From an uncultured Alphaproteobacteria bacterium (GTDB lineage Bacteria; Pseudomonadota; Alphaproteobacteria; MPNO01; DASWLB01), in assembly GCA_963775315.1 (NCBI GenBank), contig CAVZIN010000003.1, positions 72,011 through 136,010 on the forward strand: a DNA stretch of 64,000 nt, in the 5' to 3' direction. Under the pieces are notes generated by a model, which saw only the letters and a program-made list of their open reading frames with translations, was not told the origin of the DNA and made no database searches. The translations under genes and the position numbers were made by a program. This document shows, one piece after another, positions 54,701-64,000 of the stretch; positions within the stretch are counted from its first letter, which is position 1; each line of letters opens with the position of its first letter.

Positions 54701-55110
54701 ACGCCTCGGACGCCGCGACATGGGCCCCGGCTCGGCGCGCTCCGCTCGCCGTCCGGGGTGACAAGCGGACATTGGGCGCCAGCCGACCCACGCACTGCTT
54801 TGGCCTGCATCCATCGAGAGTGCAGCCGCCGCAAGACGCGCGGGACCATGCTTACGATGCACTAAAAACAGCGACGCGTTAAATGTTGAGATGATGGAGA
54901 ACGCTCTTTTCCAAATCAGAGATATCTGATTTCGTCTTTTGAATTATCGAATTTATGCAAGACCCGCAGTATAGGGGTCGAGCGGTAAACCCGCTTTTCA
55001 TTCTCGGAATCTGAAAACACCGTTCACCCGTAATTATCTTCTTATCACAACGGTCGCACGTTGTGGCTCGTCCGCAAGTATGAGGAGCAGGAAAACCGGC
55101 AATTATCCGG

Positions 55111-55139
55111 TTGACGTACCAAGCCCCATCCCCTATATT
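55111..55139 (+). promoter_or_regulatory. Near-consensus sigma-70 promoter (TTGACG-17 nt-TATATT) preceded by dyad AACCGGcaattatCCGGTT
   Basis: Read directly; it lies inside a low-GC (~45-50%) segment. Confidence 0.4.
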
Positions 55140-55165
55140 CCCTTCAAGACGAAGGGAACACGGTT

Positions 55166-55411
55166 ATGGCCAAGCTTGATCTGACAAACCCGATCTTCCA
55201 CGACGACGCCAATGGGCCGCCTATCGTTGCCTCTTCCGACAAGACGCCCCGCTTTCTCCAAAAGCACTTTTGTCAATTCGTCACATCAAGAGACTCGAAT
55301 AGGCCTTCCTTAATAGTAAGATTTGGGGCGACAATGAGCACACGACCGTGCGCTATTCCAAATGGCGCGATGGCTGCGAGACCAGATTTTCCGCATCCCA
55401 CAGGGATCTGA
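55166..55411 (+). CDS. Small ORF of unknown function (81 aa) driven by the consensus promoter, antisense to the helicase fragment
   Basis: GAAGGGAA lies 7 nt upstream of the ATG. No homology recognised, so this could be non-coding. Confidence 0.25.
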   Translation: MAKLDLTNPIFHDDANGPPIVASSDKTPRFLQKHFCQFVTSRDSNRPSLIVRFGATMSTRPCAIPNGAMAARPDFPHPTGI

Positions 55412-55704
55412 ACGATGGCAGCATGATTTCCCTTCTTAAAGAACTCGTATAATGCTTGATATGCCTCAATCTGCGGCTCCCGCAATTGGAGGTTTTCCTC
55501 GATGTGCGCAGGTGTCTTTATAAAAAAATTTTCGATAGGAATATTGGAACGGACCCATGCATCAAGGTCCTTCTTGCTGAACAGCCATTTGCTGCCGACC
55601 TTGTTGGAGGGGATGCTGCCGTCCCGCGCCAAATCGTACAGGGCGGTTTTGCCCATCTGGAGGTATTTCGCCGTCTCTTCGATCGACATCCACTCTTCGG
55701 ACAT
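55273..55704 (-). pseudogene. Truncated remnant: excisionase-type HTH fused to the N-terminal fragment of a ResIII/DEAD-like helicase (Walker A 'PVGCGKSG'), in a low-GC island
   Basis: 'MSIEETAKYLQMGKTALYDLARDGSIPSNKVGSKWLF' (excisionase/MerR-like HTH), then 'QIEAYQALYEFFKKGNHAAIVQIPVGCGKSGLAAIAPF'. The ORF stops after ~100 helicase residues and has no continuation in any frame. Confidence 0.6.
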
Positions 55705-55869
55705 GGCCCGCTCTCCCGTTTATCAAATTCTATCATCTGACATCATATGATGCAAGCAGCCGTCCGCCCAGTTGGCCTCGACCCGAAGAACCTGTCGTCT
55801 CGAGTTGGCCACCGGCACCCCCCACCCCGCATTGACGCCCCCGCCTTATGCCCCTAACATCCCCTGGCG

Positions 55870-56005
55870 TTCCTTGGGGTGCCCCGGCAGGGGGCTGAGA
55901 GTCCACCGGGTTCGCTCGCGCGGCGGCCGTTGGCGGCCAAGCGCGGGTCGGGCGGCGTGGAGACCCTTCGAACCTGATCCGGGTCGTACCGGCGTAGGGA
56001 CAGGA
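55870..56005 (+). promoter_or_regulatory. TPP (THI-box) riboswitch in the thiC 5' leader
   Basis: 'GGGGUGCCC...GCUGAGA...ACCCUUCGAACCUGAUCCGGGUCGUACCGGCGUAGGGA' contains the conserved THI-element blocks. Confidence 0.85.
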
Positions 56006-56143
56006 ACATCGGGGGCTTTCCCCCTCGCGTTCCGCAATCTCTCCCCTTCCGCCGGCCCGTCCGGGTCGCACCGCTCCGCGCGGGTCGCGGCGCCGCCCCC
56101 TGGCGCCGCCTGCGTCCCGCCTCCGCCGTATCCGCGTCCCTAA

Positions 56144-58006
<1,863 letters not shown>

Positions 58007-58010
58007 CCAG

Positions 58011-58592
58011 GTGGCCGCGCGGGCGAAAGCGGCCAAGCCGAAGGGGAGGGCGCGGCGCAGCCTGCCGCGCCTCACCCATCTCGGCATCAACGTCACCGAC
58101 CTCGACAAGGAGGTCGCGTTCTACACCAGGCTGCTCGGGCTCAGGGTGTCGGACACCGGCTTCTCGAAGCGGCTCGGCTACCGCCTCACCTTCCTGACGG
58201 GCAGCGAATTGAACCACCACCAGCTCGTCATGGCCGAATGCCGGGCCAAGGGCGCGCCGTCGACGGTGAACCAGATCTCGTTCACCCTGGGCTCGCTCGA
58301 CGAGCTCCGCGCGCTCGACAAGAAGCTGCGCCGGCGCGGCGTCGAGACCACGCCGGTCGACCACGGCAACGCCTGGTCGATCTACTTCCCCGACCCCGAG
58401 GGCAACGTGATCGAGTGCTATCTCGACGCGCCGTGGCAGGTGCACCAGCCGCACGGCGAGAGGCTCGACCTCACGCTCTCCGACGCCGAGATCCGCAAGC
58501 GCACGCGGGCGCGCATCAAGGACGAGCCCAGCTTCCTGCCGGCCGGCCGGTGGAAGGCCGAGATGAAGCGGAAGCTCGCCGCCGCGCGCTGA
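58011..58592 (+). CDS. VOC (glyoxalase/bleomycin-resistance/extradiol-dioxygenase) family protein
   Basis: 'LTHLGINVTDLDKEVAFYTRLLGL' βαβββ module repeated twice. Confidence 0.8.
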   Translation: MAARAKAAKPKGRARRSLPRLTHLGINVTDLDKEVAFYTRLLGLRVSDTGFSKRLGYRLTFLTGSELNHHQLVMAECRAKGAPSTVNQISFTLGSLDELRALDKKLRRRGVETTPVDHGNAWSIYFPDPEGNVIECYLDAPWQVHQPHGERLDLTLSDAEIRKRTRARIKDEPSFLPAGRWKAEMKRKLAAAR

Positions 58593-58598
58593 GGGCGC

Positions 58599-59720
58599 TT
58601 ACGCCGGGGTGTAGTGGGCGAGCGACTCGTCGATTTTGCGCGTGTCGGCCGCGTCGGTGTCGCCGAAATCGATCGTGTCGCAGCGGAACGGCTCGTTGTC
58701 GGGATCGAGCGGGCGGAGCTTCGGCGCCACCTCCTCCATGAACAGGCTCATCGACCGGTCGCGCTTCTCAGGCGTGGCGTAGTCGCGCCCGGCGTGGAAC
58801 ATCAACAGGCCGAACCCGCCGGTGACGTCGTAGAACTCGCGGATGCGCTGGTACACCGTGTCGGGCGAGCCGATGAACAGGTTCTTCGTCTCGATCAGAT
58901 AGTCGTAGGTGATGTCTTCCAGCGTGCCGCCCGGCGGGATGCGCTCGACCTGGTGGTGGGGGGTGTTCTTGATCTCCCACTTGATGGTCTGGGTGTAGGA
59001 TTCGCGCATGTCCTCGACCGCCTGCTTGTCGGTCTCGGCGACGTAGATCACCCGGGTCGTGCTCATCGGGTTGCGCGACGGCGTCTTGCCGGCGGCGCGC
59101 TGCGCCTCGACCAGCGCGTTGCCGAATTTCTGCAGCCGCGGGATCGGGATGAAATCGCCGGTCAGCACCTGGTAGCCGCGCTGCGCGGCGAGCTCGATGG
59201 TCGACACCGAGTTGGCCGCCGCCACCGCGACCGGCGGGTGCGGCTTCTGCACGCAATCGGGCTTCACGAACATCTGCTTGCCCTTCCAGAAGGGCCCGTC
59301 ATAGTCGATCGGCTCGTCCGCGGCCCAGAGCCGCTCGATCAAATCGATCGAGGCGTGCATCATCTGGCGGGTCTTGGAGAAATCGAGCCCGCGCCGCTCC
59401 ATGTGCGCGGCGTAGAACCCGAACCCGATGCCGAGCCGGTAGCGCCCGCCGGTGAGCTGGTCGCAGGCGTTCGCCTCGATCGCCACCTGCATCGGGTGGT
59501 GATAGGCGAGCGGGCGCACGGCCGAGCCCAGCGTGATGTTCCTGGTGACCGCCGCGGCCTTGCAGATGATGAGCTCGGCCGGCGAGTCGTGCTCGCTGAT
59601 CCAGGCCTCGTCCATGCCCAGCCGGTCGGCCGTCTCGATCTCGTGGATGTCGAGGTCCCACTGCACGCCGGTCGACGGCTGGTTGGGACGGCGGCTGTTG
59701 GAAAAGAGGCCGAATCTCAT
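58599..59720 (-). CDS. LLM-class (luciferase-like) flavin-dependent oxidoreductase
   Basis: 'MRFGLFSN...', TIM-barrel LLM motifs. ATG at 59720 with a GGAGGA SD. The track extension upstream is unlikely to be real. Confidence 0.85.
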   Translation of the reverse strand: MRFGLFSNSRRPNQPSTGVQWDLDIHEIETADRLGMDEAWISEHDSPAELIICKAAAVTRNITLGSAVRPLAYHHPMQVAIEANACDQLTGGRYRLGIGFGFYAAHMERRGLDFSKTRQMMHASIDLIERLWAADEPIDYDGPFWKGKQMFVKPDCVQKPHPPVAVAAANSVSTIELAAQRGYQVLTGDFIPIPRLQKFGNALVEAQRAAGKTPSRNPMSTTRVIYVAETDKQAVEDMRESYTQTIKWEIKNTPHHQVERIPPGGTLEDITYDYLIETKNLFIGSPDTVYQRIREFYDVTGGFGLLMFHAGRDYATPEKRDRSMSLFMEEVAPKLRPLDPDNEPFRCDTIDFGDTDAADTRKIDESLAHYTPA

Positions 59721-60199
59721 GCGCGTTCCTCCGCACTTGGCCGCCGTACCGGCGGCCCTGCCACATCGTTGGTCGGTCGAGGATACAACCATCGCGTGGG
59801 GGACGAAAGGCTGGCGGCCGCGCCGGCCGGGCCGATGGGCGACCGTCGCGCCCGCGTCGCCCGAACGCCGCCTCGATCAGGCCCCATGTCGCCGCCATGT
59901 CTCCTCGAAGTCTCCTCGATGTCGCCTATGTCTCCCCGCAAACGCTTGACCGGAAACGAACGTCGCCTCGGGCGGGCCGAAAATCCGATCTGCGACATCC
60001 CGACCGACCGCGCCGCGTCCGTTTCCATGGTCGCGGCCCTCGGGGGCCGACCGCGACGACGCGATCCGCTGCCGCCAACGCCGCGCGTCTTCTATAGGAT
60101 TTTCCTCCTCGTGTCAAGCGAGCTTTCGGCGCATCAAGCGCGGAAAAGGGTTGCCCCGATTCAGTCGCCAGGGGAACTTGGGGCCCAAAAGGGGATCGA

Positions 60200-62863
60200 G
60201 TGTTGGCTGCAACGGTGACCCTGCCCGAGATCGTTTCCCGATTCGGCGCATCGGCGAAAGCCAAATTGTCGAACAAGGCGGTCAGCGGGGCTCCCGAGGA
60301 TCAGCTTCGGGCCCCGATGGAGGAACTCATCGCCGGCTTCGCCGTGCTCGCCGGCCAGCCGGCGGGCGCCGTCGTGGCGGTGGGAGAATCCTCCTTGTCC
60401 GATATCAAGACGCGCCCCGACTACGCCATCACCCTGCACAACGCCTTGATCGGATTCATCGAGCTCAAGGCGCCAGGGAAAGGCGCGGACCCGCGGAAAT
60501 TTCATGACCCGCACGACCGGGAGCAATGGGACAAGCTCAAGTCGCTGCCGAACCTGATCTACACGGACGGGAACGCCTTCAGCCTCTGGCGAGACGGCAA
60601 GCTGGAAGGATCGATCCTACGATTCGAGGGCGATATCGAAACAGCCGGAGCCTCGCTCGCGGCAACATCGGCGTTGACCGCGCTATTCGGAACGTTCTTC
60701 CAATGGCAACCCATCCCTCCCCGAAACGCCCCGCAATTGGCGGAGGTCAGCGCGCGCCTCTGCCGATTGTTGCGGGACGAGGTATCGGAGCAACTGGCGC
60801 TTGGAAGCAAATCCCTCACCAGCCTGGCGCAAGACTGGCGAAAACTCCTGTTTCCGCAGGCTTCCGATGCGGTGTTCGCCGATGGCTACGCGCAGGCGGT
60901 AACGTTCGGCTTGCTGATGGCACGAGCGCAGGGAATTTCGCTCGCCGAGGGGCTGGACCATGTCGCGCGCGACCTGCAAAAGACGAACTCGCTCATCGGC
61001 ACCGCCCTCAAAGTTCTCACCGATCAAGCGGAGAACCAGGCGACGTTGAAGACCTCGCTGGCCACGCTTACGCGTGTCTTGGATGTGGTGGATTGGGCGA
61101 AGGTGAGCAAGGGCGACCCGGAGGCTTGGCTCTATTTTTACGAGCGCTTCCTGAGCGTCTATGACAACGACCTCCGCAAGAAGACGGGCTCGTACTACAC
61201 GCCACCCGAAATCGTCAACGCCATGGTCCGTATGGTGGACGACCTGCTTCGCGACCCCAACCGCTTCGGGCTGACGGGCGGACTGGCTTCTCCTGACGTT
61301 ACGCTCGCCGATCCCGCGATGGGGACAAGGGTCTTTCAAGGGGTGCAGCAGCCGGTTTGCATCGTGATCGCGTCTCGCATGGCCGACACGGACCCTGAAA
61401 CTCCGGCGCGGGTTCGGTTTCACTCGCTTCCGAACGGTCGGCGCGAGGAAAAGTTCGAGGCGATTTCCAAGCTGTCGGTGGGCGGTGCGGCCTGGACGGA
61501 CTGCCCCGCCGAATGGCGCGCTCCCTTCCTGCCGGCGCCGGTAGGTGCGTGGGCGTCCTTCCCCAGCCTGGAGGATTTGTTCGTCTATGACGGGTCGGGC
61601 GTCATGCCGGGCCGGACCTGGGTGATCGCACCTGACGCAGCGTCCCTGCGCGACCGATGGGATCGATTGGTGCACGAGAGGGATCCCGAGGTGAAGGAGA
61701 ACTTGTTCCATCCACACATTGTTGGCGGGCAACCGGCGGATAAGCATTCACGGAAGGCTGCTAAATCCGGCCTGTCCGGACACGAATACCGGGCACCTTC
61801 CGTTGCGAACGATCGAGGCCCAATCGTAAATCCCACGAGGTATGGCTTCCGTTCGTTTGACCGACAATGGGTAATTCCAGACAATAGGCTGCTTAACCGA
61901 TCTAATCCAACACTGTGGAAAGAATACTCAGGTTCGCAGATTTATCTGACCGCGCCGCATGACAGGTCAGCGACAGCTGGTGCAGCATTGACATTCACCG
62001 AGCTCATTCCAGATTTGCACCATTACAACGGGAGGGGCGGCCGCGTGTTCCCTCTGTGGTTCGATGGCAAGGCCACGGTTTCCAATATCAAACCGGCGCT
62101 GCGGCAGGTCCTATCGGATCGATTGGCGAATCCCGTTTCCGGCGAGGATGTCTTCGCGTACGTCGCCGCAATTGCGGCCCATCCCGGTTATGTGGCGCGG
62201 TTCAAATCCGATCTGGTTCAGCCGGGCCTTCGGATTCCGATCACTTCGGACCCGAAGCTGTTCCACGAAGCGGTCCGGCTTGGGCGACAAATCGTATGGC
62301 TTCACACGTTCGGCGAGCGGTTCGTCTCCGCCGAAGAAGGTCGGCCGCCGGGCCCGCCTCGCCTGCCGGAAGGCAAAGCTCCGCGAATACCCGCAGCAGG
62401 CGCGATTCCATCGGCACCGGACAAGATGCCGAACTCGATTTCCTATGACGAGAACAAGCGGCGTCTGTTCGTCGGCGACGGCTACATCGACAATGTGGCG
62501 CCGGGCGAATGGACCTATGAGGTCTCCGGAAAGCAGGTGCTGGTACAATGGTTCAGCTACCGCCGCCGCGACCGCGAGCGGCCGATCATCGGTGATCGGC
62601 GACAGCCGTCGCCCTTGAACGACATTCAGCCGGACCACTGGGTCGCGGAATACACCACCGAGTTGATGAACGTCCTGAACGTGCTCGGTCGATTGGTGGA
62701 GCTCGAGCCGGCGCTGGCGGACCTGCTCGACCGGATTTGCAAAGGGCCGCTCCTGTCCGCCGACAGCCTTCGGGCCGAAGGCGCCTTCGACGTTCCGGCG
62801 GATTTCGGAAGCCAACTTTTGTCCAAATCGACGGACGAGCGTCAAGGCGAGCTTCTGGAATAG
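60200..62863 (+). CDS. MmeI/type-ISP-like restriction-modification family protein: PD-(D/E)xK nuclease-like N-terminus, N6-MTase motifs X/I (GSYYTPPEIV, DPAMGT) but no NPPY motif, type-ISP-like C-terminal specificity domain
   Basis: 'RPDYAITLHNALIGFIELKAP' (D...ExK), 'YERFLSVYDNDLRKKTGSYYTPPEIVNAMV', 'LADPAMGT', and a C-terminal 'NPTRYGFRSFDRQWVIPDN...'. The GC content is visibly lower than the surrounding sequence. Confidence 0.65.
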   Translation: MLAATVTLPEIVSRFGASAKAKLSNKAVSGAPEDQLRAPMEELIAGFAVLAGQPAGAVVAVGESSLSDIKTRPDYAITLHNALIGFIELKAPGKGADPRKFHDPHDREQWDKLKSLPNLIYTDGNAFSLWRDGKLEGSILRFEGDIETAGASLAATSALTALFGTFFQWQPIPPRNAPQLAEVSARLCRLLRDEVSEQLALGSKSLTSLAQDWRKLLFPQASDAVFADGYAQAVTFGLLMARAQGISLAEGLDHVARDLQKTNSLIGTALKVLTDQAENQATLKTSLATLTRVLDVVDWAKVSKGDPEAWLYFYERFLSVYDNDLRKKTGSYYTPPEIVNAMVRMVDDLLRDPNRFGLTGGLASPDVTLADPAMGTRVFQGVQQPVCIVIASRMADTDPETPARVRFHSLPNGRREEKFEAISKLSVGGAAWTDCPAEWRAPFLPAPVGAWASFPSLEDLFVYDGSGVMPGRTWVIAPDAASLRDRWDRLVHERDPEVKENLFHPHIVGGQPADKHSRKAAKSGLSGHEYRAPSVANDRGPIVNPTRYGFRSFDRQWVIPDNRLLNRSNPTLWKEYSGSQIYLTAPHDRSATAGAALTFTELIPDLHHYNGRGGRVFPLWFDGKATVSNIKPALRQVLSDRLANPVSGEDVFAYVAAIAAHPGYVARFKSDLVQPGLRIPITSDPKLFHEAVRLGRQIVWLHTFGERFVSAEEGRPPGPPRLPEGKAPRIPAAGAIPSAPDKMPNSISYDENKRRLFVGDGYIDNVAPGEWTYEVSGKQVLVQWFSYRRRDRERPIIGDRRQPSPLNDIQPDHWVAEYTTELMNVLNVLGRLVELEPALADLLDRICKGPLLSADSLRAEGAFDVPADFGSQLLSKSTDERQGELLE

Positions 62864-62985
62864 CCGCTCGCCGGCCTGCCGGTGGCCGCTGTCCTCGCGC
62901 CGGTGACCCCGGGCGGCCCCATCTTGGCCACTGGCCGGGGCGGCGCGCGGGGGGCACAGTCCCGGTCCGGGAGCGGGGGCTGGCC

Positions 62986-63489
62986 ATGCCGCAATTCCGC
63001 GAACTCCACGAACTCCACGATTTCCTGCGAAGGGCGCTCGCCGGCCGGCGGCGAAGGCAGCGCCTCGCCGCGGTTGCCGTGTGCGCGGTGGCGCTCGGCG
63101 GGGTCGCGATCGCGGCGACCCCCGCGCCCGACCGGCGCCCGTTCGACTGGCTCAGGATCGCCGGAAAGTGCATGGAGCGCCCGGACGGGAGCTGGGCCGG
63201 CTATCGCGGCGAGGTGGTCGCGCGCAACGCCGCGCACGGCACCGGCGTGCGCATCTACGGCAAGGTGCTGCAGAACGACCTGCCCGAGATCACGCGCGGC
63301 GCGGTCGTGACGGGCGGGACGGGCCCCTTCGCCGTGGTCTTCCCCAGTCTGCGCCCCGCCCAGGTGGCCGGCACGCGCCTCCGTCTCGAAGGGGTGAGCG
63401 AACATCTCGGGCTCGACAAGGCGGCCCAGCCGATCCGCGGCCAGGCCGTCTGCGACCTCACCGTCGTCCAGCGCCGGCCGGTGGAGTAG
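62986..63489 (+). CDS. Hypothetical secreted/membrane-anchored protein
   Basis: ATG at 62986 is preceded by GGGAGCGGGGG. It has a hydrophobic 'LAAVAVCAVALGGVAIAATPA' segment. Confidence 0.45.
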   Translation: MPQFRELHELHDFLRRALAGRRRRQRLAAVAVCAVALGGVAIAATPAPDRRPFDWLRIAGKCMERPDGSWAGYRGEVVARNAAHGTGVRIYGKVLQNDLPEITRGAVVTGGTGPFAVVFPSLRPAQVAGTRLRLEGVSEHLGLDKAAQPIRGQAVCDLTVVQRRPVE

Positions 63490-63498
63490 GGGCGGCCC

Positions 63499-64000
63499 CT
63501 ACGCCGCCGCCATCGCCCGGTCGAGATCGGCGATGATGTCGTCGATATGCTCGATCCCGACGGCGAGGCGGACATAGCCCGGGGTCACGCCGGTCTGGGC
63601 CTGCTCCGACACGGAAAGCTGCGAATGGGTGGTCGAGGCCGGGTGGATGGCGAGCGAGCGCACGTCGCCGATGTTCGCCACGTGGTAGAACATCTTGAGC
63701 GCGTCGATGAAGCGGCGCCCCGAATCGCTCCCGCCCGCCAGCTCGAACCCGACCAGCGCGCCGTACCCGCCCTTGAGGTAGGCGTCGGCGCGCCGGCGCG
63801 TCTCGCCCGATTGCTGGCCCGGGAAGATGACCCTGGTCACCTTCTTCTGCTGGGCGAGCCAGTCGGCGACCTTCGCCGCGTTCTCGCAATGCTGGCGCAT
63901 GCGGAGCGCCAGCGTCTCGAGCCCCTGGATGAACATGAAGGCGTTGAACGGCGACATCGCCGCGCCCAGATCGCGCAGCAGCGTGACGCGCGCCTTGATG
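63499..64000 (-). CDS. metY: O-acetylhomoserine / O-succinylhomoserine sulfhydrylase (Cys/Met-metabolism PLP enzyme), C-terminal part; the gene continues beyond the window
   Basis: '...AIHPASTTHSQLS...GVTPGYVRLAVGIEHIDDIIADLDRAMAA' is the C-terminus of the MetY/MetZ/MetB family. Confidence 0.8.
   Translation of the reverse strand, partial: IKARVTLLRDLGAAMSPFNAFMFIQGLETLALRMRQHCENAAKVADWLAQQKKVTRVIFPGQQSGETRRRADAYLKGGYGALVGFELAGGSDSGRRFIDALKMFYHVANIGDVRSLAIHPASTTHSQLSVSEQAQTGVTPGYVRLAVGIEHIDDIIADLDRAMAAA

Noticed and set aside
54535-55870. Looked for a tRNA gene (a common island integration site) flanking the low-GC segment
   Set aside because: No GTTCGAATC-type T-loop with a CCA end, and no cloverleaf-compatible sequence, was seen between 54535 and 55870.

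Overview
High-GC (roughly 65-70%) chromosomal segment, most likely from an alphaproteobacterium (DUF1013 and DUF1192 genes, RpoH-box sigma-32, rplM-rpsI, REP-like palindromes). Because stop codons are rare at this GC, the six-frame track holds many long antisense or out-of-frame ORFs. I called genes from recognisable protein motifs, signal peptides, Shine-Dalgarno spacing and 4-nt start/stop overlaps, and several starts were moved inward from the track ORF.

Main content, left to right:
- A LysR regulator divergent from an RND efflux pair (membrane fusion protein plus permease).
- A minus-strand four-gene cassette: CDO-type thiol-dioxygenase cupin, SDR, group-II PLP decarboxylase and RimK-like ATP-grasp ligase. 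A conserved ~70-nt hairpin-containing element occurs twice in direct orientation, bracketing the decarboxylase/ATP-grasp pair.
- A striking eight-gene, translationally coupled minus-strand operon (11346..20884): sugar-nucleotide epimerase/dehydratase, a glycoside-hydrolase TIM-barrel::epimerase fusion, a B12-binding/radical-SAM-like protein with no CxxxCxxC motif, one GT4 and three paralogous CgeB-like glycosyltransferases, and a SAM methyltransferase. This looks like an undescribed methylated-glycan biosynthesis system.
- A CDF transporter, a frameshifted NhaP antiporter running on into a bacterial topoisomerase IB, DUF3008, an FNT channel, a hydrogenase-maturation-protease-like orphan and rpoH.
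- A MarR regulator with a Cys-rich tail, then rplM-rpsI and argC.
- Housekeeping and catabolic genes: qor, pepN, a DUF883/holin-X/DUF3618 trio, sgaA, tsaC, cysQ, a metE-like gene, esterase, GST, a Rieske oxygenase and TRAP dctQM.
- A DUF4258/DUF2283 toxin-antitoxin pair beside a low-GC island remnant.
- A TPP riboswitch upstream of thiC.
- A lower-GC MmeI/type-ISP-like R-M gene that seems to lack the NPPY catalytic motif, and a partial metY at the right edge.

No rRNA, tRNA or CRISPR array was seen.
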